From the NCBI GenBank assembly GCA_020349245.1, contig CP070764.1, positions 777,446-833,463 of the forward strand: a stretch of DNA of 56,018 nt. The letters run 5' to 3'. Positions 17,880-26,564 of the stretch are shown in pieces. Every line of letters starts with the position of its first letter. The first letter of the stretch is position 1. The translations under genes were made by a program, and so were the position numbers. This DNA comes from Chloroflexota bacterium. Lineage in GTDB: Bacteria; Chloroflexota; Anaerolineae; Anaerolineales; UBA4823. The notes below the pieces were generated by a model. The model searched no databases, was not told the origin of the DNA, and worked only from the letters and a program-made list of their open reading frames with translations.

Positions 17880-18290
17880 AGATTATTAAGCTCTGGAGCC
17901 ATGGCGAGGCATTTCCAACCAGGGAGTCAGCATTACCTGCTCTGGAACCAGTGACCAGGTATTTATCTGGGTTATAAAGTCTTGCAAGGTTTAGCGAACG
18001 GCAACTTTTACCGGCAAGTCTTGAGATTCCACCGCAGTAAAAAAAGGACCTGCAGGGTAAATTCTGTCCCAAGGACAGATGACTCTGCCATGCGGCCATC
18101 CACTTCAATTGCCTGGCCAACTCCCCATCTGGATTCCGATGAGATCTCTGGATTATGAGCGTCCCCGCTTCGCCTCGTCACCAACCGTGAAATGGTACTG
18201 GAATAAAAATGATTCTAACTCCTGCGCTTCTTCCAGTATAAATCGGCTCGCCTGCTGGAAAGCCTCTGTTGACAGCTTCTTCGGTTGCAG
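17880..18290 (-). pseudogene. Degraded gene of a prenyltransferase/terpene-cyclase-repeat-like (QNPDGG motif) family
   Basis: Pieces in different frames join into KKLSTEAFQQASRFILEEAQELESFLFQYHF / RNPDG-(fs)-GVGQAIEVDGRMAESSVLGTEFTLQVL / VKVAVR*-(fs)-LARLYNPDK..ASPW. Contains stops and frameshifts and has no valid start. Family assignment is from memory. Confidence 0.6.
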
Positions 18291-18335
18291 CGTCGTAACC
18301 TTGCATTCACAGCTTTAATTTACATGCTCAATAAT

Positions 18336-19223
18336 TCAATTAGCCAGGAAATCATCGATCACAGCGAAATATTCCTGCTGATGGGTGATGGCGATCCCGT
18401 GCTCACCTCCTGAAAACATCTTCACCTGCGCCTGAGGGTAGAGCTTGGTCATTTCTTCCCGCTTTTCAGGCGGAGTCCCTGGATCCTGCGAACCAAATAC
18501 GAGGAGAATGCGACCCGGCCAGCTCTGCAGGTCTTCAGCTGAAAAGGAATAATTTTCAGTTTGATCGATCAAGCGCTCCATCAGGGCCAATATATCAGCC
18601 CGGCCGATGCGGAAATAAACCGCTTCACGAACCAATGCCCACATCAAGGCAAATTCGGGTATTTCAGCTTTTGTGCTCTCCAGGCGTGAAAAAGAACGGT
18701 TGATCATCCAGCGCAGTAAGAAGGTCGGCGTAATTTGAAACCAGACCATTAAACGAGCGAGCTCTTGGCTGTTTTCCTTGTTGGGAGGTCCCACAGCGGT
18801 GATGACCATCTTGTTGATCCTTTCAGGGTACTGGCGTACAAAAGATTGGACCATCCAACCCCCGTATGAGCCGCCCATGACCGCGAATTGATCAACACCC
18901 AATTTATCCAGCAACTGGATAAAACCCTCAAAAAGATCATTAATTTTTTCGATAGGCGGATAGTCTGGCGAGATAACGCGGTATTTTTGAGCGAAATGCG
19001 CTAAAGAGTTGAAAGACACTTCGGCGACAGCGGTTCCCCCGGCGGGGATAAACAGCACCTGTTCACCTTCACCCGTATCGATGAAACGCCACTGGTTTCC
19101 ACCTATTTCTGCTGTTTGATAGGGATAGCTCTCGCGGAATGCAAGCAACCGAGCCCGCGAATCGCTTGGCACATTCTGATATAATCTTGCGATTCTGGGA
19201 TCTGAGCTGATGGATTTGGTCAT
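18336..19223 (-). CDS. Alpha/beta hydrolase
   Basis: Nucleophile elbow GGSYGG, acid GSQDP, His GGEHG; RBS AAGGAG. Confidence 0.88.
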   Translation of the reverse strand: MTKSISSDPRIARLYQNVPSDSRARLLAFRESYPYQTAEIGGNQWRFIDTGEGEQVLFIPAGGTAVAEVSFNSLAHFAQKYRVISPDYPPIEKINDLFEGFIQLLDKLGVDQFAVMGGSYGGWMVQSFVRQYPERINKMVITAVGPPNKENSQELARLMVWFQITPTFLLRWMINRSFSRLESTKAEIPEFALMWALVREAVYFRIGRADILALMERLIDQTENYSFSAEDLQSWPGRILLVFGSQDPGTPPEKREEMTKLYPQAQVKMFSGGEHGIAITHQQEYFAVIDDFLAN

Positions 19224-19256
19224 CGCCTCAATTCTCCTTCAGGACAACTGGAAGGA

Positions 19257-19985
19257 TTATTTAATTTCCCATAACCTGCTGAATGTCTCTTGCAGTCGCT
19301 GGCTGAGCAGGTCGCCACCGTGGGTGGTCACATCATCCTCATTTTCGAATACTACATATGGAACCTGGAAACTGCCCACGCTGAGATATTTCGATGATTG
19401 CGCGGCCATAATCATTTCATGCCAATCATCTGTTCGATATAATCGTTCCAATTTCTCATCTTCTAGGCTGTGCTCCAGGATGCTATCCGGACGCTGTGGA
19501 TTATAACGCAAGCGGTTTTTCCGCTGGGATTCCTCGTAAGAGACGTCCACATAAACAACCCCGGCTTCCGACAGGATTTCTTCTGAAAGGTGTTTGAAAG
19601 CTTGGGTATATCCTCCATGCTGGCTGCCCCTGGAGAACTCGACGATGGTGGTCTTCGATTGGTGGTACGCCGGGTCATCCCTAAGACGCTTGTGGTATTC
19701 CAGGCCAATTCTTCCGATCAATACATCCCATAGATAAGGATACTTGAAATATCCATCTCCATCGGTATGCAAGCGGGGTTTTGAGAACTTCTTTTCCAAG
19801 ATCAAATCTTCCTCAAACCATGTCCAGAGCATTGGAAAATCGTCGATCACATCCAATTCTCCTAGGTGAAATCTCTCCCGGCGGCTGGTTAAATCTACAC
19901 CATGCAAGAAATCGGTAATTTCGCTCTTACCAGCAGCTGGACGTCCCAGCAGGATGATGACTTTGAAGTGTGCGTGGTTTTGCAT
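19257..19985 (-). CDS. Uncharacterised P-loop NTPase / nucleotide-kinase-like protein
   Basis: N-terminal KVIILLGRPAAGKS Walker A and a kinase-like lid region (SYEESQRKNRLR). Start set at MQNHAH after GGAG. Confidence 0.65.
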   Translation of the reverse strand: MQNHAHFKVIILLGRPAAGKSEITDFLHGVDLTSRRERFHLGELDVIDDFPMLWTWFEEDLILEKKFSKPRLHTDGDGYFKYPYLWDVLIGRIGLEYHKRLRDDPAYHQSKTTIVEFSRGSQHGGYTQAFKHLSEEILSEAGVVYVDVSYEESQRKNRLRYNPQRPDSILEHSLEDEKLERLYRTDDWHEMIMAAQSSKYLSVGSFQVPYVVFENEDDVTTHGGDLLSQRLQETFSRLWEIK

Positions 19986-20097
19986 GGAATGCTCCATTGA
20001 TGCCTGTCTTAATAGGGAGATTATCCCAAATAATCGGGATTCAGACCAGCTCTCCCCCAGATTTTGAAGGATACTTGCGGCAACAAATTCTTGCATG

Positions 20098-20131
20098 AAA
20101 AAATGCCCCGCTAGTAGATGCGGGGCATTTT
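20098..20131 (-). terminator. Intrinsic terminator downstream of the cold-shock gene
   Basis: AAAATGCCCCGC-N8-GCGGGGCATTTT perfect stem with A/T tracts on both sides. Confidence 0.85.
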
Positions 20132-20152
20132 ATTCTGTAACCTTGAAAACAT

Positions 20153-20365
20153 TTAGTTCAAAGGTGTTACGTCAGCAGCTTGTAATCCCTTGGGACCTTC
20201 TTCGATGGTGAATTCCACTTTCTGCCCTTCAAACAGGTTGCGGAAACCATCCGCGTTGATGGCGGTGTAGTGGACAAAGACATCTGGTCCTTCTTCCTGA
20301 GAGATGAAGCCATATCCCTTGCTACCATTGAACCAATTGACTGTGCCGATGATACGTTCTGACAT
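20153..20365 (-). CDS. csp: Cold-shock protein (CspA family)
   Basis: GTVNWFN, RNP1 KGYGFI, RNP2 DVFVHY, GPKGLQA; RBS AAGGAG. Confidence 0.97.
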   Translation of the reverse strand: MSERIIGTVNWFNGSKGYGFISQEEGPDVFVHYTAINADGFRNLFEGQKVEFTIEEGPKGLQAADVTPLN

Positions 20366-20512
20366 TTACTTGCTCCTTCTTTTCTTACGTAAGATTTATT
20401 AGGAATGGGCAGCTTCCTGATAAGAGCATTCATTAAAAAATGACCCAGGACTTACGCCTTGGGCCATCGTCCTACTCAATAATCAGTAACATACCGACAT
20501 TCTAACTCGGCG

Positions 20513-20541
20513 ATCATACCAGCATATGGCGAGCTTGTCAA
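20513..20541 (-). promoter_or_regulatory. Sigma70-type promoter of the csp gene
   Basis: Minus strand TTGACA-17 nt-TATGAT with an extended-10 TG; implies a leader of about 140 nt. Confidence 0.8.
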
Positions 20542-20929
20542 ATGCAATTTTTAACTCCAGATACTTGAGTTGATCTATCTCATAGCTTCGAGCAGGACCA
20601 AGGATTTTAGATCATTTCAAGCTGTGGATTCAAAACTTACTTGGAGAATTTGAGGTAATAATCAAACCAGAGCAAATTCAACTGTAACAAGCCATAAACC
20701 GGATGCACTATGCGAGTAGATTGAATTTCCTTCAATAGTTGCAGACCTTATTTGAAAATCGAGGTTGTGCTTATTAAGCAGAGGAAGATAACATATTCAT
20801 TTTGGGCGAATAAAACAACCATCCTCTCCAAGTGATTGGCGAGTGATGGTTGATGAACCAGTTTCTAGTTAGATTAAATCTGTTTTAGATCGCCAATCGA
20901 TCCTCAAATCCCGCTTATAATACCCCTGT

Positions 20930-22261
20930 ATGTTGAAGCGGATATTCATTTACCTTCCAATCTTCTTATTATGCCTGTTGTTTGTATTGCCACCAGCTAC
21001 CTCAGCACAGGATAATGACCAACAGGTGTTGCAACTCACCGTTGAAGGTCCTCTTACACCTTCCGTGCTGGGTTATATAGAGCGCGGTTTAACCACTGCA
21101 CAACAAGAAAATGCCCAAGTGCTTATCTTGATGTTGGATACGCCTGGCGGCAGTGTCGATCTGATGAATGAAATCGTCCAGGTGATCCGCACGAGCAGCA
21201 TACCTGTCGTGGTATATGTTGCTCCCCAGGGTGCGATCGCGGGCAGCGCAGGTACGGTGATCACCTTGGCCGGGCATGCCTCCGCGATGGCACCAGAGAC
21301 TGCCATGGGTGCCGCCAGCCCAGTTAGTGCTGAAGGTCAGGACCTGGGTGAGACAATTGAAGCCAAGGAAAAGAACATCCTCAAAGCGCTCGTACGTTCC
21401 TTGGCGGAGGGGCGTGGCGAAGAAGCTGTTCGAGTGGCGGAAGAAACTATCGAATCTGCCCATGCAGTCACTGCAAGCGAAGCATACCAAATCGGCCTTG
21501 TAGACTTCATCGCCGTGAGTGTATCCGATCTCCTGGAAAAGTTGGACGGATACCAGGTGAGCACCATCGATGGCGACGTGACCCTGGATACCTCAGATGC
21601 AGCAGTGATATCCTTCGAACAAACTTTTATTGAAACCCTTTTAGGCGTACTCACCAACCCCAATATCGTCTTCCTGCTGCTAACTGTTGGCGTACAGGCT
21701 ATCCTGATTGAACTTTCCAGTCCGGGTGGCTGGATCGCGGGGTTCATCGGTGCAGTTTGCCTGGCACTGGCTGCTTATGGTTTGGGATTTCTCCCTGTCA
21801 ACTGGTTTGGATTGATTTTCCTGGCAATCGCCTTCGTATTATTTGTCCTGGACATCAAAGCCCCGACCCATGGGGCGTTAACTGCAGCAGGATTAGCCTC
21901 GCTGATCGTTGGTTCACTCGTGCTGTTCAATTCGCCAGGCACGCCAAGCTTCGCCCGAGTTTCAGTCCCCCTGGTGATCGGCGTATCAATTGCGACAGCC
22001 GGCATCTTTTTTATCATACTAACCATCGCTCTCCGGGCGCAAAGAGCTCCGGTTCGCATGGGAGGGGAATCGCTGATCGGACGCACCGGCTCTGCGCGTA
22101 CAAATATCTCCCCGGTCGGCACTGTTCAGCTCGGTGGAGAATTGTGGACTGGTGAGCTGGCTAAAGGGGAAAAACCAATCCCGGAAGGCTCCCCGGTCGA
22201 AGTCATCGAAGTTCGTGGGGTTAGAGTCATCGTGAGGGGAGAAAAGCAAGAGGATTCCTGA
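20930..22261 (+). CDS. nfeD: Long-form NfeD: ClpP-class membrane serine protease with OB-fold C-terminus
   Basis: Signal peptide, LDTPGG, PVVVYVAP.GAIAGSAG (Ser), MAP.T.MGAA, several TM helices, C-terminal G.VQLGGELW OB domain. Confidence 0.92.
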   Translation: MLKRIFIYLPIFLLCLLFVLPPATSAQDNDQQVLQLTVEGPLTPSVLGYIERGLTTAQQENAQVLILMLDTPGGSVDLMNEIVQVIRTSSIPVVVYVAPQGAIAGSAGTVITLAGHASAMAPETAMGAASPVSAEGQDLGETIEAKEKNILKALVRSLAEGRGEEAVRVAEETIESAHAVTASEAYQIGLVDFIAVSVSDLLEKLDGYQVSTIDGDVTLDTSDAAVISFEQTFIETLLGVLTNPNIVFLLLTVGVQAILIELSSPGGWIAGFIGAVCLALAAYGLGFLPVNWFGLIFLAIAFVLFVLDIKAPTHGALTAAGLASLIVGSLVLFNSPGTPSFARVSVPLVIGVSIATAGIFFIILTIALRAQRAPVRMGGESLIGRTGSARTNISPVGTVQLGGELWTGELAKGEKPIPEGSPVEVIEVRGVRVIVRGEKQEDS

Positions 22262-22496
22262 TAATCACCAACCTGATCGTTGAAAATCAACCAATACGAA
22301 TAGATAATAGACCAGCAGATTTATTCGCCGTCCCACACATGACGATTTTGCGTGCAAGCTGAACACGAGGCGTTCCCTGCTCATAAACTGTAATTAACGT
22401 GCTTCTAACAAGCATTGGAATGTTCTGAGGTAGAATTACTCAAATAAGCGGACAAAAAAATCGGGAGAGAATTACTGGTACCCCACAGGAATCCAA

Positions 22497-23432
22497 ATGC
22501 CCCATATACCCACTCGTGATCGAATAAAGTCAAAAAGTGAAAACGCCACACCACTGCGCCGTCCGGAATGGATTAAAGTACGCGCTCCCTCTGGAGAAAC
22601 CTATGAATGGCTGCAGGACCTGATGCGCTCCAAAGAACTCCATACAGTGTGTGAAGAAGCGATGTGCCCAAATCTAGGTGAGTGCTGGGGGGCCGGCACA
22701 GCCACCTTTCTCATGCTGGGTGACATCTGTACCCGCACATGTGGTTTTTGTGACATCAAGCGCGGTAGACCAGCCCAGCTGGACTGGATGGAACCCGAAC
22801 GAATTGCCCAAGCAGTCAAAACGATGGACCTAAAACACGCGGTGATCACCAGTGTGAACCGTGACGACCGTAAAGACGGCGGAGCCCCAATTTTTGCCAT
22901 GGTGATCCGCAGAATCCGGGAGATCCACCCGGGATGTTCAATTGAAGTCCTGATCCCGGATTTCAAGGGCAGCATTGAAGCTTTAAAAATTGTCCTGGAT
23001 GCACGTCCCGAAATACTCAACCACAACGTTGAAACCGTGCCTCGCCTATTCAAGGAAGTCCAACCCCAGGACCGGTACGAGTGGGCTGCTGCTACCTTGT
23101 CCAATGCAAAATTACTCGACCCAGAAGTACTGACCAAATCGGGGATCATGGTTGGACTGGGAGAGAATATTGAAGAAGTACAGGATGTGATGCGGGACCT
23201 TCGTTTCTGGGGGGTAGATATCCTCACAATCGGTCAATATCTGCAACCGAGTAAAAAACACCTGCCCATCTCCCGCTATTACACCCTGCAGGAATTCGCA
23301 GAGCTTCGAGAATTTGGTCGTGAGATTGGATTTCGCTGGGTTGAGAGCGGTCCGCTGGTCCGGTCTTCTTATCATGCTGCTGAACAAGTGCGTGCATTGA
23401 GTAGTGTGCACCGCCAGCTTTACGGCACCTGA
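22497..23432 (+). CDS. lipA: Lipoyl synthase
   Basis: [12 protein letters not shown] auxiliary-cluster motif, radical [30 protein letters not shown]. Confidence 0.97.
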   Translation: MPHIPTRDRIKSKSENATPLRRPEWIKVRAPSGETYEWLQDLMRSKELHTVCEEAMCPNLGECWGAGTATFLMLGDICTRTCGFCDIKRGRPAQLDWMEPERIAQAVKTMDLKHAVITSVNRDDRKDGGAPIFAMVIRRIREIHPGCSIEVLIPDFKGSIEALKIVLDARPEILNHNVETVPRLFKEVQPQDRYEWAAATLSNAKLLDPEVLTKSGIMVGLGENIEEVQDVMRDLRFWGVDILTIGQYLQPSKKHLPISRYYTLQEFAELREFGREIGFRWVESGPLVRSSYHAAEQVRALSSVHRQLYGT

Positions 23433-23458
23433 TCAGCTAAACTCCATATATTAATAAC

Positions 23459-23495
23459 AACAGCCCTCCGTGTTGAATTGTTGGAGGGCTGTTTT
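23459..23495. terminator. Probable bidirectional terminator between lipA and nuoN
   Basis: AACAGCCCTCC-N13-GGAGGGCTGTT inverted repeat between convergent genes. Confidence 0.75.
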
Positions 23496-23497
23496 AG

Positions 23498-24955
23498 TTA
23501 GAAGGCTGATATGGCAGCCTGATAAGCCCAATTTAATAAGGGTAGGGAAAACACTCCCAGGAGTATCATTCCTATTCCAGTAACAGCAGCGGTAAGGTAG
23601 AGCCAATTATCCCTTTCGACCTCTGGTTCACCATCGTGCATATACATGAATATCACAACCCGCAAATAGTAATACGCCGAGACCAGAGAAGTGAGCACCC
23701 CAATGATCGCCAGCCAAACAAATCCACCATCGATCACGCTGCGAAAGAGGTAAAACTTACCGATGAAACCCAATGTGGGTGGTATCCCGGTGAAAGAGAG
23801 CATCGAGACAGTCATGATAGCGGCTAAAATGGGGTACTTACGGCCCATCCCGGCATAATCGCTGAGCTGCAAACCCCTCCCCTCAGTCTTCTCCAGAGCG
23901 ATCACCACAGCCCAGGCTGCGAAGCTCATGAAAGCATATGCCAGTAAGTACAACAACGCGGCCGCAATTGCGTCATCAATAACTGCTTCTTGGCCATATG
24001 GAACCAGAGCCATAAGGATATACCCTGCCTGGGCGATGCTCGAGTAAGCCAGCATGCGTTTGATATTCGTTTGGGCAATCGCGACCACATTCCCCAGGAT
24101 CATCGTCAAGGCAGCTAATCCCCAAAGAACGTTGGTGAAGTCGATCGCCAGCACACCAAACGAAGTGACAAATAAGCGCATCAAGGCGGCAAAGCCACCG
24201 ACTTTCGCACCTACTGCCATAAAAGCCGTTACCGAGGAAGGCGCTCCTTGATAAACATCCGGGGTCCACATGTGAAAGGGGACCGCGGCAACCTTGAAAC
24301 CCAGACCAACGAGGATCAAAGCGCCGCCAACAGCCAGCAAAGACAGGTCAGCACTGCCACTCTGAATGGTTTGGAGAACATTGTTCAATCCTGTGTATCC
24401 GGTTGCCCCAAATATAATTGCGACCCCATATACAACAAATCCACCAGCAAAAGCACCCAACAAGAAGTATTTGATCGCTGCCTCTTCAGAATCCGAGCGT
24501 GGTCGGGCAAAACCTGCCAAAACGTAGAGAGGGATCGAGAGCAGTTCCAAAGCCAGGAAAATTACAATCAGGTCCGCGGCCATCGCCATCAAGACCATCC
24601 CGCTGATCGAGAACATCAACAGCACATAGTACTCCCCCCGCTGGATTCCCAATCGAGTCAGGTATTCATATGAGAGCAGGATGGCAACCACGCCGCTGGT
24701 CAGGACCAGTATGGTCAGGAATTGAGAGAAACCATCTACCACCAGCATTCCCCCAAATGCTTCGACATCAACACCAGATTGAGCGATCGTGAAGCCCGTG
24801 GTGACCAGCAAACCAGCTGCCGCCAGAATCGCAGTCCATGCCTTGCGGTCTTTCGGAATAAATAAATCCACCAACAGGAGTACGCTTGCCCACAGGATAA
24901 GAATACTCAGTGGCAGGATTTTTATCAGGTTGGCAGTTAATTCTCCCAGTGTCAT
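23498..24955 (-). CDS. nuoN: NADH-quinone oxidoreductase subunit N
   Basis: EAAIKYFLLG, FKVAAVPFHMWTPDVYQGAP, NIKRMLAYSSI, GIPPT.GF.GK; last gene of the operon. Confidence 0.96.
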   Translation of the reverse strand: MTLGELTANLIKILPLSILILWASVLLLVDLFIPKDRKAWTAILAAAGLLVTTGFTIAQSGVDVEAFGGMLVVDGFSQFLTILVLTSGVVAILLSYEYLTRLGIQRGEYYVLLMFSISGMVLMAMAADLIVIFLALELLSIPLYVLAGFARPRSDSEEAAIKYFLLGAFAGGFVVYGVAIIFGATGYTGLNNVLQTIQSGSADLSLLAVGGALILVGLGFKVAAVPFHMWTPDVYQGAPSSVTAFMAVGAKVGGFAALMRLFVTSFGVLAIDFTNVLWGLAALTMILGNVVAIAQTNIKRMLAYSSIAQAGYILMALVPYGQEAVIDDAIAAALLYLLAYAFMSFAAWAVVIALEKTEGRGLQLSDYAGMGRKYPILAAIMTVSMLSFTGIPPTLGFIGKFYLFRSVIDGGFVWLAIIGVLTSLVSAYYYLRVVIFMYMHDGEPEVERDNWLYLTAAVTGIGMILLGVFSLPLLNWAYQAAISAF

Positions 24956-24974
24956 TTAATCCTTCTTTCGGTCA

Positions 24975-26486
24975 TCATGGCAGTCCAGCCATCGCAGCAA
25001 CCTGAATCGACTCGACCAGTTTTGCGACAGATGCTTCCATCAAATTGAAGAATGGTGAGGGATACAAACCAATCCAGAATATGAGCACCAGCAATGGAAC
25101 CAAGGTGATGATTTCCCGCAGATTCATGTCTAAAAGTTTGCGGTTTTCTTCCTTATCCACTGGCCCGAGGAATAATTTTTGGAACATATACAGCAAGTAA
25201 ATTGCCGCCAAGATCACCCCTACAGCTGCCAGCGCTGCGTACCAGGGATTGTTGAGAACTTTAGAACCAAATGCGCCAAGCAAGATCGTGAACTCACCGA
25301 CAAAACCATTCAAACCTGGCAATCCCATGGAGGACAAGGTTACGATCAAGGTCAAAACAGCATAAACTGGCATCACCTTCCATAACCCACCGAAGGCATC
25401 CATATCGCGGGTATGTCGTCTTTCGTAGATCATGCCGACGATTAGAAACAATGCGCCAGTGCTGATCCCGTGATTGATCATTTGTAGAATGCCACCCTCC
25501 ACACCTTGTGCGTTGATGGCAAATAAGCCCAGCATGACAAAACCCAGGTGGCTGACAGATGAATATGCCACCAATTTCTTGACATCTTTCTGGGCATAGG
25601 AGACCATCGCGCCATACAGGATGCCAATTACCGCCAGTACGGCAATCCAGGGAGCAAGTTGAACTGAGGCTTGGGGGAACATCGAGAGATTAAAACGCAG
25701 GAAGCCGTAAGTACCCATTTTCAACAAGACACCCGCTAGGATCACTGAACCTGCTGTTGGTGCTTCCACATGTGCATCCGGCAACCATGAATGCAGCGGC
25801 CACATTGGAACCTTGATGGCAAATGCGGCAGCAAATGCCAGGAAGAGCCAAATCTGGATATTCCCGGGTATTGAGGCATTTGCGACCAATTCTGGTACCG
25901 AGAACGTCCCCTGGCTGATCCCCAGCCACAGGATCGCCAGCAGCATTAAGATCGAACCCGCCATCGTATAGAGGAAAAACTTGACTGCAGCATAAACGCG
26001 ATTTGGACCTCCCCAGATACCGATCAAGAAATACATCGGGACAAGCGTGAATTCCCAGAAAATATAGAACAAGAAAAGGTCCAAGGAGAGGAAAACCCCC
26101 ACCATGCCAACTTCCAACAACAGGAAGAAGATCATGAATTCCTTGACCCTTTCCTCAACCGCAGTCCAAGTAGAGAGGATCGATATCGGCGTCAGGAATG
26201 TGGTCAAGAGCACCAGTAAAATGCTCATCCCATCGATTCCCATTAAATATGCGATCTCCCAGCCTGCCACCTTTATCCAGGGAATATCGACCACCATTTG
26301 AAGATCTGGATCAGCCGGATTGAAAAGCACCATCACCCATATGGAAATCCCGAAGGTGATCAACGAAGCAATTAATGCTATCCAGCGGATGGCTGTTTGT
26401 TGTTCCCGGTTAATGAACAGGATCAGCAAAACACCCAGCAGGGGGAAGAACGTGACCAATGTAAGGGGGTGAAGCAAGAAGTCCAT
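24975..26486 (-). CDS. nuoM: NADH-quinone oxidoreductase subunit M
   Basis: FYIFWEFTLVPMY, KFFLYT, KVPMWPLHSWLPDAHVEAP, LLKMGTYG, GLPGLNGFVGE. Confidence 0.96.
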   Translation of the reverse strand: MDFLLHPLTLVTFFPLLGVLLILFINREQQTAIRWIALIASLITFGISIWVMVLFNPADPDLQMVVDIPWIKVAGWEIAYLMGIDGMSILLVLLTTFLTPISILSTWTAVEERVKEFMIFFLLLEVGMVGVFLSLDLFLFYIFWEFTLVPMYFLIGIWGGPNRVYAAVKFFLYTMAGSILMLLAILWLGISQGTFSVPELVANASIPGNIQIWLFLAFAAAFAIKVPMWPLHSWLPDAHVEAPTAGSVILAGVLLKMGTYGFLRFNLSMFPQASVQLAPWIAVLAVIGILYGAMVSYAQKDVKKLVAYSSVSHLGFVMLGLFAINAQGVEGGILQMINHGISTGALFLIVGMIYERRHTRDMDAFGGLWKVMPVYAVLTLIVTLSSMGLPGLNGFVGEFTILLGAFGSKVLNNPWYAALAAVGVILAAIYLLYMFQKLFLGPVDKEENRKLLDMNLREIITLVPLLVLIFWIGLYPSPFFNLMEASVAKLVESIQVAAMAGLP

Positions 26487-26564
26487 AGCTTGTCCTCGTT
26501 CTGAAGTTAGTCACAGCCTTTTTGAAATGCTTCTATTCCGTCCAGGAAAAGAAAGCGGGCTTGT

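Noticed and set aside
17680-18120. 146-aa minus-strand ORF as an intact gene
   Set aside because: It overlaps the ACT gene antisense, and only part of it is in the frame of the degraded pseudogene.
24956-26564. A hidden or frameshifted second nuoM
   Set aside because: The intergenic gaps are only 19 and 78 bp and the single nuoM is full length (503 aa).
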